A DNA stretch of 64,000 nucleotides from assembly GCF_006345805.1 (NCBI RefSeq), contig NC_043009.1, positions 49,166,001 to 49,230,000 on the forward strand. The letters run 5' to 3'. A model generated the notes under the pieces. It ran no database searches. It was not told the DNA's origin and saw only the letters and a program-made list of their open reading frames with translations. Below, piece after piece: positions 1-12,819 of this stretch. The position numbers and the translations under genes are program-made. The DNA comes from Octopus sinensis (Eukaryota). Each line of letters starts with the position of its first letter. The first letter of the stretch is position 1.

Positions 1-186
1 CTGCTCACATTCGTTTTTTTTCCTTTTAAGGTTCTTTTTTAGTGTGTGTGGTGTTTATTCTTTTCTTTCGTTAAATTGTATAAAAAAATAATAATGAATG
101 AAGAAACGCAAAAAAAAAAAAAACAAACTAAATAAGTACACACAGAGAAATATATATAGTACATACATACATACATACATACATAT

Positions 187-217
<31 letters not shown>

Positions 218-334
218 ATGTATATATATATGATTATATATATAGAGGGTATAAGCCGCTATTATATATATATGGATATGTATATAAATGAATATATATA
301 TATATATATAGAATAGTATGGGTCTCTGATGTAC

Positions 335-376
<42 letters not shown>

Positions 377-474
377 TATATATAATATATATATATAGTA
401 TGTATGAGGATCTATATGTTTACGTATATATATATATATATATATTATTATATATGTGTGTATATATATATATA

Positions 475-508
<34 letters not shown>

Positions 509-764
509 TATGAGATATATTAATATGTATATATATGAATATACATATATATTGGATATGGATATATTATATATGAGTATATATATATATGTCTGTATGT
601 CTGTATGGGTCTTTGTGTGACGTGTATATATATATAGATATATATATATTATATATATATATAAATAAACATATACATATATATACATATAACACAACAC
701 ATATATATACATAATACATACACCAAACACACAAACACACACACACACCACACACACCATAAAC

Positions 765-806
<42 letters not shown>

Positions 807-1167
807 ACTGCTCTTACTCTTTTCTTCTGAAGTCACGTTTTTTTTGTATATTTATTTCATGTTAATCTTACTTCACTCCCTCTCTCGCTCTTTTCTCCTT
901 TCTCTATCTCACTCTCGCTTTCTTTCTTACTCTCTTTCTCTATCTTCCTCTCTCTTTAATTCTCTCCCTTCCTTTCTCTCTTCCACTCTATGTTTTTTTT
1001 TGTCTGTCGGGTTCTTTTCTTTTTGTGTATATTTTGTTGTTATTTTTTCAATTTGTTTTTAGGGGGTGGAGGCAGGGAGCGGGGAATGATGTTTATTTTT
1101 GTTTTCGTTTTTTTTTTTTTGTAAATTTTTACCAATATCGAAATTAGATGAGATTAAAAAAAATGCA

Positions 1168-1270
1168 GTGAAGATAATGATGATAGCGATGATAATGATG
1201 ATAATGATGATAATGAGGATAAAGATGATTGTGATGATAACGATGACGGCGATGCAGCTGCGGCTGCTAT

Positions 1271-1307
<37 letters not shown>

Positions 1308-1349
1308 TGATGATGATGAGGTTGATGATGATGATGATGATGATGAGGT

Positions 1350-1386
<37 letters not shown>

Positions 1387-1605
1387 GATGATGATGATGA
1401 TGATGATGATGGGGCTGTTGCTACTGCTGCTTTTGACGATGATAATAATGATGTTGATGACGATGATGATGATGACGACGACGACGATGATCACGACGGT
1501 GGCAGCGGCGGCAGCAGCGTCGGTGGCGACGTCTGCGACGACGGCGGCGGGACGACGACGACGACGACGACAACGACGCCGATGACGATGATGATGATGG
1601 CAACA
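1168..1605. repeat. (GAT)n/(GAC)n trinucleotide microsatellite
   Basis: Long imperfect GAT/GAC runs; source of the poly-D/M/H ORFs at 1099-1737. Confidence 0.95.
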
Positions 1606-1842
1606 AGAGTTATATGAATAACAAAACTTCCGTTGATTAAACAATAAAACGTAATTTATAAAAAAAAAGAAAAGAAAGAGAAAAGATAAAGTAAATAAAA
1701 CAATACATGCAAAACTAAACAAACAGTAAACCAACACCTAACAAAATGACGCATGCGCACACACCTATACACATACAATCTCTTATATACACACAGACAT
1801 TGGCATGTATACACACATATGTGTGAACAAAATATATATATA

Positions 1843-1935
1843 TAGGCGCAGGCGTGGCTGTGTGATAAGAAGCTGGCTTCCCAAGCATACGGTTCTGGGT
1901 TCAGTACTACTGCGTGGCACCTTGGGCAAGTGTCT
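1843..1935 (+). mobile_element. SINE family A, 5' fragment
   Basis: Matches the head of the other family A copies (taggcgcaggcgtggctgtgtg...ggttcagt...ccttgggcaagtgtctt). Confidence 0.8.
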
Positions 1936-2096
1936 TTGTCCTCATCTTGTTTGCTGTTAAAATAACGTTTCGGCTGATGTACTCTCTAGCCTTCACCAGA
2001 TGTCCTGGGGGAATTTCGAACTCGAAATTTCGGGAAAGGTGGGGTAAGTCGCTTACATCCACCCCAGTACTCGACCGGTACTTACTTTCATGTGCA

Positions 2097-2283
2097 GACA
2101 ATTCGCCGGTAGACAGTTTACCGACAAACAATTCCCACACAGCCTGAAAGAGATTGTGCTGCCCTGGGTCAAGAGTGTGGCCTTCTGGAATACCCTATGT
2201 CTGGCAACAGGACTCTGCACCATACTACACAGTTGACTTGTCTGTAAGTTGACTGTCGGCCAATTGTCTGTCGACGAATTGTC
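2097..2283. mobile_element. Small MITE-like insertion with ~22-bp imperfect TIRs, inside a decayed minus-strand family B SINE
   Basis: gacaattcgccggtagacagtt (2097-2118) vs the reverse complement of aattgtctgtcgacgaattgtc (2262-2283); family B sequence lies on both sides. Confidence 0.55.
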
Positions 2284-2498
2284 CGTTTACCACTTATTTT
2301 ATCGATCCCGGAAAGATGAAAGGCAAAGTCGACCCTGGTGATATTTGAACTCAGAACGTGAATGCGGAAGAAAGGCCATTAAGAATTTTGTCCAGTGAGG
2401 TAACGATTTTGACCCCTCGCCACCTTAACCTTATCCCCTATTAATAAGATATATTTCGTGACTTTTCGATGGCCGTGATACACAGTCGGTATTACAGA

Positions 2499-2735
2499 AA
2501 GGCGGCGAGCTGGCAGAAACGTTAGCACGTCGGGCGAAATGCTTAGCGGTATTTCGTCTGCCGTTACGTTGTGAGTTCAAATTCCGCCGAGGTCGACTTT
2601 GCCTTTCATCCTTTTGGGGTCGATAAATTAAGTACCTGTTACGCACTGGGGTCGATGTAATCGACTTAATACCTATGTCTGTCCTTGTTTGTCCCCTCTG
2701 TGTTTAGCCCCTTGTGGTTAATAAAGAAATAGGTA
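2499..2735 (+). mobile_element. SINE family B, full length
   Basis: aaggcggcgagctggcagaaacgttagc head, gaggtcgactttgcctttcatcc...gtcgataaattaagtacc central block, ends ...ataaagaaatag; many copies in the window. Confidence 0.9.
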
Positions 2736-2836
2736 TTACTCAAATAGTTCACCCAACAACACTGTTTTTGCATCTTGGTTTTCTTTCAATATGACTAATA
2801 AGAAATGGGAGATAAAGGTTCCTTCCCGAGTCATAC

Positions 2837-3059
2837 TGACTCGTAAGGACCGGTTTCCCGGTTTCATGGCGTGTATATTCCCCACCTGGACAGGACGCCA
2901 GTCCGTCGCAGAGTTACTCACTTTTACCAGCTGAGTGGACAGGAGCAACGTGCAAATGAAGTGTTTTGCTCAAGAATACAACGTGTTGCCCGGTCCAGGA
3001 ACCGAAACAAAAATCTTACGATCATGAATCCAACATACTAACCACTAAGCCAAGCGCCT
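2837..3059 (-). mobile_element. SINE family E (tRNA-like head, gttgtgttcttgagcaa block)
   Basis: Reverse complement starts aggcgcttggcttagtggttag (A box); homologous to 17290-17820. Confidence 0.85.
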
Positions 3060-3981
3060 GGGCATAACACTACCCCTCATCCGGAAAAATTACAGAATGA
3101 TAGCATTACTGAGTGTCTTCCGATATTCATTGCTACCCTGTAGATTCTTGCATCTTTCCTTAAGATCAACTCCGTATTCATCATGAAGTAGAGAAGAGAA
3201 ATTGCACATCCTATTATGATGCTTACCTCTAGTGAATGTCAACCGGATGACGATTCCGTGGTAGTAAAATATTTATGTGTGCGTGTGTGTATGTGTGCAT
3301 ATATATGTGTGTGTGTGCTTATATATGTGTGTGCATGTATGTATGTGTGTATACACATGGGAATATCTATGCATATGTATATTTATTTATTCATTTAAGT
3401 TGCTTATCTGTGTACGTTTGCTTATGTGTGTATAACTAGAAAGATAGACAAATACATACGTACATATATAAACATGTACGTGCGTGTGTGTGTGTATGTG
3501 TATAAATATATATACACACACACAGAGATGCATATATCAAAGCATATAAGGGTGTATATATGTGTGTAAGAGTGTATGTGTGTGTGTATGTAAGTGTATG
3601 TATCAGGTGAATATAGACATCAACGATCTTATAAATATGTATGTCTGCACATGTATATCAAGTAGATAGATAGACAGAAAGACAGACAGTAGATAGATAG
3701 ATGTATATAGTAGATAGATAGATAGTAGATAGATAGATAGATAGACAGACACACAGAGAGAGAGAGAGAGAGGAGATGAAATGATAGATGAGAAGAAGAT
3801 AAATAGATGAAAGATAGATAGGAGAGAGAAAGCGAGAGAGAGAAAGAGATAGATAGATAGTAGATAGATAGATAATACTAGATAGATGGATAGATAGAAG
3901 AAAGATAGATAGAAGATAGATAGATAGATAGATAGACAGATAGCTAGATAGATAGCTAGAGAATAGAGAGATAGATAGATC

Positions 3982-4033
<52 letters not shown>

Positions 4034-4531
4034 TGGGATGAGGAGTGAGTGAGAAAAACAGAGATTGGGTGAAAATATGACAAGAGAACGAAAGACCAAG
4101 ACAATGAAATGAGTGTGAAAATCAGAGAAGAGAGGGAAAGAGAGAGAAAGAAGGAAAGAAAGAAAGAAAAGTAAAAAAGAAAGAAACAAACAAACAAAGA
4201 AAGAATGGATGGTAATTTCTGATATATAAATCTAATTTTTAAAAAAGACAGTAAAAAATAGACATGAAAATAAAATTCTATAAAAATAATCTGTGAAATT
4301 TGACTTAATTTCTTTTCTTCATTTCGAAATAGTTTTAAATAGCAGTTTGTGGGTGCATGTGTGTGCGTATGCGTGTATGTGTGTGTTTGTGTGATTCTGT
4401 GCGCATGTGTCTGCGTATGAGCATCTGTGTGTGTTTGTGCATAGGTGTGTGTGTGTCTGCATAGGTGTATGTATGCGTGGTGTTCTATGTCTAAATTTGT
4501 ATATGTGTGTACGTTTGCATGTGAGTCTCTC

Positions 4532-4601
<70 letters not shown>

Positions 4602-4694
4602 TGTGTTTGGCTACATAAGTCCATATATCTGCGTGTACATGTTACAAATGTGTTTGTATTTTTGTGTGTAATGTGTTTGTGTAAGTCGTATATG

Positions 4695-4753
<59 letters not shown>

Positions 4754-4779
4754 TATATATATATTATATATATCGTACG

Positions 4780-5190
4780 AATGGCTGTGTGGTAAGTAGC
4801 TTGCTTCCGAACCATGTGGTTCCGGTTCAGTCCCACTGCGTGGCACCTCGGGCAAGTGTCTTCTACTATACCCTCGGGCCGACCAAAGCCTTATGAGTGG
4901 ATTTGGTAGACGGAAACTGAAAGAAGCCTGTCGTATATACGTATATATATGTGGGGGAGTGTATGTGTGTGTGTGGGTGTATACGGTTGTGTGTCTGTGT
5001 TTGTCCCCCAGCATCGCTTAACAACCGATGCTGGTGTGTTTCCGTCCCCGTAACTTAGCGGTTCGGCAAAAGTGACCGAAAGAATAAGTACCAAGCTTAC
5101 AAAGAATAAGTCCTGGATCGATTTGCTCGACTAAAGGCGGTGATCCAGCATGGCCACAGTCGCATGACTGAAAGAAGTAAATCAGTAAAA
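4780..5190 (+). mobile_element. SINE family A, near full length with internal (TA)/(TG) microsatellite
   Basis: Head, central gtggatttggtagacggaaactgaaagaag block, internal microsatellite and 3' ...ccagcatggccacagtc...gactgaaa. Confidence 0.9.
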
Positions 5191-5227
5191 AAACATAGAG
5201 TAATATAGTGTGTGTGTATGTGTGTGT

Positions 5228-5277
<50 letters not shown>

Positions 5278-5353
5278 GTGTATGTATGTGTGTGTGTGTG
5301 CGTGTGTGTGTGTATGTGTGTGGTGTGTATGTGTGTGTGTGTGTGTGTGTGTG

Positions 5354-5398
<45 letters not shown>

Positions 5399-6346
5399 GT
5401 GTGTGTATGGTATGTGTGTGTGTGTGTGTGGTGTGTGTGTGTGTATGTGTGTGTATGTGGCTGAGTGTGCAGTGTATCTGCATATGCATGTATGTGTATG
5501 TTTGTGTGTGCGTAGCTCTCTGTGTGTATGTAAGTGCATGTGTGTGAATACGTGTTGCGTGTTTGCGTATGCATGTTGTATCAGTATGCGTATGAGTGTG
5601 CTCTCAATGTACATGTGTCTATGCTTTGTGTACATATATGTGTCTATCTCTTCGCATGTTGTGTGTGTGTGCGTGTGTATGTATATGTATTTTATGTATA
5701 TATTTGTGAGTGTGTATACGTGTATATATATGTACATTTTTATATGTGTATACACACACACACACACACATAAATGAGTGTTGTTATTCCGTGTACGTTT
5801 ATGTGCATACGCATGTATGTATGTATTTGTGTGTGTGTGTATGAGTGTGTATGTGTTTGTATGTGTGTTGTTATTGTATAAGTATGAACGTTTTGTGTAA
5901 GTATATGTGTGTATCTTTTTCCTTGTGTACTCGCGTATGTATGACGTCCATATGTATGCAACCAAGTCTACATGCGAAAAAAAAAAATATATATAATCTT
6001 TCTCCGAAATCTCGAAAGAACTTTCTAGAGTAGCAGACAATTGGCAGAAAGACAAAAAAAAATAATAAAAGACAGAATGAAAAAAAAAATTCTGCATAAA
6101 ACAACAATAAGTATACAAAAATATTCAAGAAGAAGAGCAACAAAAGACGACATAAACCAACAAAAAGCAACAATTTTTTTTTTCTTTTTCCAGTAAATTT
6201 TAAATAGTGTCAAAGAAGGTAACAAACAGGTGGAATGATTCTTCCAAAAGATTCTATCTTATTCCAAGACATTTCAACACTAATTGATAAATTCGTTCAT
6301 TTATTTATTCGTTTTTTTTTCTACATTTTTTAAATTCTTGTTTTCG

Positions 6347-6527
<181 letters not shown>

Positions 6528-7191
6528 CTATTTTTTTCTGTTTTGTCTTTGCGTGATCTTTTTTTTTTTATCTTTTGCTAAATTATTGTGATTGCTTTTG
6601 TCTTTCCTTTCCCGTTTTTTCGCATTTCTTTCTTTTATATAATTTTATATTCATTTTATTTTCATTTTATATTCATTTTATTTTATTTTATTTTATTTTA
6701 TTTTATTCGAATACAAAGTGCGAAGATATTTGAATTGAGATTGCAGTATTAATAAACTTTTCTTTTTATAGTTCTTTAACCTTTTTACGATAAATGTACA
6801 CGCGCGCGCGCATGCACACACACACACAATGTAAATATATATGTATGTGTGTTATGTAGATGTGTGTGTGTGCATGTAAGCATCTACGTATGTAAATTTT
6901 ATGTAATTATGTGCATATAAAATGAACTGCATTTCTATATACATACATATATATGCACGCACACATGCGCTCATTCACACACACACATATACATTATATA
7001 CATACATATATGTGTATATGTAGACACACACACATATATATATATATATATACATATATATATCTTTTATTTTTACTTTAGTCAGTATACTGCGGCTATA
7101 CTATATGTTAACATGTGTGTGTGTGTGTGCGTGCGTGTGTGTGTGCGTGTGTGCGTGGTGTGTATGTGTGTATGTGTGTGTGTATACAAAC

Positions 7192-7232
<41 letters not shown>

Positions 7233-7240
7233 TATATATA

Positions 7241-7435
7241 GGTGAAATTTCTAGAAAAACAAAAGACGAAGACAGGTGTATGAACAAAAAACAAGAGTAT
7301 CAGTTTGACGCTCGGGAAAGTGAAAGAGTCTTTTACGTTTCGAGCCTGTGCTCTTCAACACAAATGAATAAGAGTAATTAAACAGAGAGAGAATAGAAAA
7401 AAAAAACTTGCGCACTTAGTGGTCGAGCATGGCGA
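7241..7435 (-). mobile_element. Short PLE-derived unit between (TA)n tracts carrying a degenerate hammerhead motif
   Basis: Reverse complement reads GUGUUGA-A-GAGC-ACAG-GCUC-GAAAC-GUA-AAAGAC (7328-7365); homologous to 23041-23251 and 59809-60004. Confidence 0.7.
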
Positions 7436-7458
7436 ATATATATATATATATATATATT

Positions 7459-7668
7459 AAGGCGGCGAGGAGGCAGAAACGTTAGCACGCAGGGCGAAAT
7501 GCTTAGCGTATTTCGTCTGTCTTTATGTTCTGAGTTCAAATTCCGCCGAGGTCAACTTTGCCTTTCCTCCTTTTGAAGTCCATAAATTATGTACCAGTTG
7601 CGCGTACTGCGGCTATCTAATCGACTTGCCCCTCCCCCAAAACTTCGAGCCTTGTGCCTAGAGTAGAA
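7459..7668 (+). mobile_element. SINE family B variant
   Basis: Same head and central block as 2499-2735 with an alternative 3' end (cccccaaaacttcgagccttgtgcctagagtaga). Confidence 0.85.
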
Positions 7669-7704
7669 AATATATATATTACACACCACACACATACACA
7701 CACA

Positions 7705-7751
<47 letters not shown>

Positions 7752-7870
7752 TATATATATATATGCATACATATATATATATAAATATATATATATATTT
7801 ACAAAAATACAAACCCACGAACACACAACCACACATACACGAACACGCACACACACACATATATATTCCT

Positions 7871-8151
7871 GAGACCCCTTCGGTCATGACTGAGCATGGG
7901 ATTGCATCTTGGAAGTTACCCTCCCAAGCACAAGTCCGAGTAATGTTGCTTATGGAAGACCAGCAGTTGCCTATGCATACCAGCCTCCCCTCTCCACGCC
8001 ACCAGTGTTATCCAAGGGAAAGGGAAAGGCAAAGGGGCCGATACAGCTTCGCACCTGTCACGTCGCAACTCATTTCTACGGTTGAGTGAACTGGTACAAC
8101 CTGAAATAAAGTGCCTTGCTCAAGAACACAACACGCAGCCCGGTCCGGGAT
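7871..8151 (-). mobile_element. SINE family D, 5'-truncated
   Basis: Homologous to the full-length copy at 44726-45059. Confidence 0.85.
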
Positions 8152-8615
8152 TCTTAGTCATCTAGATTAATGCTCTCAACAGTGGTCACCACAGAGCGTC
8201 AAACTGTGGTGTACCTCGAAGCAATCCAGCTACACAACACAAAAAAGACGGACTCGATGCAACAGATGAGCTACTGGGAGAGGCTACGAGAACAGAAGCT
8301 CTGCAGACGCCAAGGATTTGCAGTGATATAACTATAAAAGTTCCTGGAAAGCCTTTACACAACTTTGGAATTGAAAACTATACCAGACACTGCTGGATGG
8401 CACTGAATAGTACCAAAGATTCCGTATTCTCCATCTAGAATAAGGACCTAGTACTGTAACAACATACGTTTCAATGGTTCATAACTATTCCAAGTTCTAC
8501 CAGAGTTCTGCCAAACAACTTCATCTCCGTGAGGGAGTCAAAATTCCTTATACATTCTTTATGAGCAAAATCCTAAATGTTAGATTTTGGATTTCAATTG
8601 TATGTATCTATATAT

Positions 8616-8648
<33 letters not shown>

Positions 8649-8665
8649 CTTTTCTTTTATTCTTT

Positions 8666-8918
8666 TTTACTGGTTTCAGTCATTTGACTGCGACCATGCC
8701 GGAGCGCCGCATTAAAAGTTCTTTTTTTTTGTTAGTCAAAGAAATCTACCTCACGACTTATTCTTTGTAAGCCTATGACTTATTCTATTGGCTGCTTTTG
8801 CCAAACCACTAAATTACGGAGACACACCAACAACAGCGGTCAAGCGGTGTTGGTGGGGGAGACAAACACAGACACAAAGACACACACATAAATATATACA
8901 TATATATATATGTGTGTG

Positions 8919-8962
<44 letters not shown>

Positions 8963-9124
8963 TGTATATACACACGACAGGCTTCTTTCGGTTTCCCTCT
9001 ACAAAATTCACTCACAAGGATTTGGTCGGCTCGAGGCTATAGTAGAAGACACTTGCCCAAGTGCCACACAATGGAAATGAACCCGGATCCATGCGGTTAC
9101 CACACAGCCCCATAGCTGCGCCTA
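8666..9124 (-). mobile_element. SINE family A
   Basis: Reverse complement of the family A head, body and tail. Confidence 0.85.
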
Positions 9125-9140
9125 TATATATATTATATAT

Positions 9141-9175
<35 letters not shown>

Positions 9176-9283
9176 GCGTGCGGAAATGCGTACGTTCTGT
9201 GCTAATGCGTGTATATTTGTAAACATACATATTAGTATATGAACATACTTATGTATGTTTATATGTTGATATTTACCTATATA

Positions 9284-10560
9284 GAAGGTGAGACAAGCAG
9301 GACGGACGTTTTTGAAAAATTCACAGAATCATTAATTTTAGCTGCAAACAAATTTTATTGACATCAGTGTGTTCATACTGAACTAGTATTTGTCAAAATC
9401 ATGTGTGAGAAACAACATCCATCATGTGGTACCCGTTTTCATTGATGCATTTCTGATGGCGTTCTTGGAAGTTGGCCTCCACTCCCTTCAGCATTGCTCT
9501 GCCGATTTGAGCGACTTCCACGTGAATAGCTTCCTTCAAATCGTCCAATTCACGAGGCTTATGCGCATACACAATTGCCTTGGGGTTTCCTCACAAGAAA
9601 TAATCACACATGGACAAATCAAGGGAACGAGAGGGCCAAGGAACGTCAGCAAACCTGGAAATGAGGCGGTTACCGAAGAGAGTGCGAAAACGTCCATTGA
9701 TACTTTGGTTGTGTGGACCGTTGCCCCATCCTGCTAAAACCACACTCGCCGAACAGGCACACGTTTTCGTAGTATTTCAGGCACAAGGTTTTTTATCATT
9801 TCGATGAAAGGCTCAGTCCACAATAACAGCATTTCCATTGTTGTCTTCAAAAAGGCAAGGACCAATGACGGCTGTTTTTTTCCAACAGCACACCAGACCG
9901 TCACTTATGGGCTATGCTGCGGTTTTTGGTGCAGTTCTCTCGGATTTTCATGAGCCCAATAACGACAGTTCGGTTGATTCACCATGTCATTGAGATGAAA
10001 ATGAGCTTCATCACTCATTAACAAAATGAGGTTGTCATTTGCCTTAAAAATTGCTTCCCTCTGATGTGCAAAGTATAGCCGCCGTGTATAGTCCCATGGT
10101 TTCAAATGTTGTCCAATGACCAATTTGTACAGGTGGAAATGAAAGTCTTCACGCCTTACGAATCGATTACCGTTGTCAAGTTCAGTAGAATGCCTCCGAG
10201 TAGAGCGATTCGAACTCCGTATCAAAGCTTGTCTGACGCGTTCCACATTTTCCGGGGTCCGTACTATTCGTGGCGCCCTCTCCTGTTCATTAGTGTAACT
10301 CGTATATGAAGTACATTCCCGCAACGCAAGATTGTGTTACGGGTGGGAACAGCTTGATTTCGGTGAATGTTGAAGTGGCACCGAAACTCACTCTGAACTG
10401 CTGTGACAGACTCGTTATTCTTCACGTAACTATCGCAGGCAAACACGCGATGCTCTATCGTCCATCTGAAAAAAATTCTAAGACACCATGGACCGAATAG
10501 TACCTGATGGACATATGTACCTGCCCCTTCAAAAACGTCCATCCTCTCTGTCCCACCCTG
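9284..10560 (-). mobile_element. Full-length but frameshifted Tc1/mariner-superfamily transposon (maT/DD37D-like)
   Basis: 33-bp TIRs (9284-9316, 10528-10560; 26/33 identical) with TA on both sides. Relic frames: WTIEHRVFACDSYVKNNESVTAVQSEFRCHF (HTH), MSDEAHFHLN (first catalytic D), VPWPSRSLDLSMCDYFL. Confidence 0.9.
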
Positions 10561-10565
10561 TATAA

Positions 10566-10745
10566 CTGGCAGAATCATCAGCACGCCGGGAATTTCTCCC
10601 GTCTTTGCGTTCCGAGTTCAACTTCTCCTGAGGTCAACTTTGTTTTTCATCCTTTCGGGGTCCATAAAATAAGTACCAATCGGCCATTTTGGTCGATGTA
10701 ATCGACTCACCCGAAACTTCTGGCCTTATGCGAAAATCTGAAAAC
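10566..10745 (+). mobile_element. SINE family B variant, diverged
   Basis: ctggcagaatc...gaggtcaactttgtttttcatcctttcggggtc block. Confidence 0.75.
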
Positions 10746-10771
10746 AATATCTGCCTATGCATATTCAGAGA

Positions 10772-11074
10772 TTTGTTTGTTCTTTCATGAGCCATGCCTG
10801 GCTCATAAGGGCCGGTTTCCCGGTTGCCTTGGCGTATAGGTTCCCCACCTGGACGGGACGCCGGTCCGTCGCAGGTGAGCTTCAAGAGGCAAGAGAAAAG
10901 AGTGAGAGAAAGTTGTAGCGAAAGAGTCAGCAGAAGTTCGCCATTACCTCCTGCCGGAGTTGCGTGGAGCTTAGGCGTTTCACTGATGAACACACACATC
11001 GCCTGGTCTAAGATTCGAACCCGCGATCCCTCGACCGCGAGGCCGCTGCTCTAACCAAAAGGCCATGTGCCTCC
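10772..11074 (-). mobile_element. SINE family C (tRNA-derived)
   Basis: Reverse complement starts ggaggcacatggcc...ggttagagcagcg...gggttcgaatc; homologous to 17401-17698. Confidence 0.9.
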
Positions 11075-11110
11075 ACATATGCATATATGCATTTATGTGT
11101 ATATATATAT

Positions 11111-11142
<32 letters not shown>

Positions 11143-11570
11143 GTATGTATGCGTGTATATGTGAATGTATGTATGTATGCGTACATGGGTGCATATTTGC
11201 ATATATGCATTATGTATGTATGTATGTATAGGACGTTTCGCATTATATTGTCAAAGTTTCAGCAAAATTATTGATTATTTTAACAACCAACAGTTGGAAA
11301 AAAATATTTGTTTAATTAATTAGACAAAGAGTAAATACAACAGCGACACCCTTACCGACACCATTATCATCATCATCATCATGGTCATAATCAGCAGCAG
11401 CCGCAGTAGGAGCATGGCCTTCATCACCACCACCACCACCACCACCACCACCATCATTATCATCGCCGTCATCAACATGATCTTTATCATCACGGTGATC
11501 ATCACCAATACCAACTATTCCATATGACGTTCTCTGTTTTGTCGATCGATTTGCTAAAAATAATAGCCAA

Positions 11571-11718
11571 TAGGCGCAGTCATGGCTGTGCGGTAAGAAG
11601 CTTGCTTCCTAAGCACATGGTTCTGGGTTCAGTCCCACTGCGTGGCACCTTGGGTAAGTGTCTTCTACTATAGCTTCGAGCCAACCAAGGCCTTGTGAGT
11701 GGATTTGGTAGACGGAAA
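11571..11718 (+). mobile_element. SINE family A, 5' half
   Basis: Family A head through gatttggtagacggaaa. Confidence 0.85.
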
Positions 11719-12104
11719 TCATCATCATCATCATCTCATCATCATCATCCCTGTCATCGTCGTCATCATCATCATCTTCGTCGCTATCATCGTCATCTTC
11801 GTCATTATTGTCGTCTTCGTCGTTGTCGTCGTCATCTTTGTCCCTATCGTCTTCATCGTCATCGTCACAATCATCATCATCAGCAACAGCAACATCGTCA
11901 TCACCACAGACACTAGTAGCAGCGACGATAAAAACATCATCGCCCGCAACCCATCACACAACCATGACCACCACTAACCAAAAGAACGACATCCACACGA
12001 GCTGACATGGAAAACCCTATGTGGTAGACCGACATGCAAGAAATAACATTCAGATTCTCTTCGGCCACACACCTACATTCTTAAAATGGTAGATCGATGC
12101 ACTG

Positions 12105-12651
12105 AATGTTAGTGTTCTAGGCAAACCCTTAAAAACATAGGATGGCCAAGGCTGGACTGTCTGACACTTTCCTTGCTCAATCGGGGTTGGCCTGGGGTTA
12201 AAGACACAGCAATGACAACACCTGAACCTTCATGGGGGCAAATGTTAGTGTTCTAGGCAAACCCTTAAAAACATAGGATGGCCAAGGCTGGACTGTCTGA
12301 CACTATCCTTGCTCAATCGGGGTTGGCCTGGAGTTAAAGACACAACAGTGACAACACCTGAACCTTCATGGGGGCAAATGTTAGTGTTCTAGGCAAACCC
12401 TTAAAAACATAGGATGGCCACGGCCGGACTGTCTGACACTATCCTTGCTCAATCGGGGTTCGCCTGGGGTAAAAGACACAGCAGTGACAACACCTGAACC
12501 TTCGTGGGGGCAAATGTTAGTGTTCTAGGCAAACCCTTAAAAACATAGGATGGCCACGGCTGGACTGTCTGACACTATCCTTGCTCAATCGGGGTTCGTC
12601 TGGGGTAAAAGACACAGCAATGACAACACCTGAACCTTCAAGGGGGGGCAA
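12105..12651. repeat. Tandem array of four 136-bp units
   Basis: Unit starts aatgttagtgttctaggc at 12105, 12241, 12377 and 12513; a few substitutions between units. Confidence 0.97.
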
Positions 12652-12777
12652 CCACTATTGACGAAAGAATGTCGACTTCAGCGTCACACCATCAGGGCCA
12701 CCTTCGCTAACTACTCGCAAAAGCGAGAACAACAACAGCAACAACTACTACTACTACTACTACTGCTGCTGCTACTG

Positions 12778-12819
<42 letters not shown>

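Noticed and set aside
12105-12651. CRISPR array or retrozyme array
   Set aside because: Units are contiguous with no unique spacers, and neither strand shows a CUGANGA...GAAA core.
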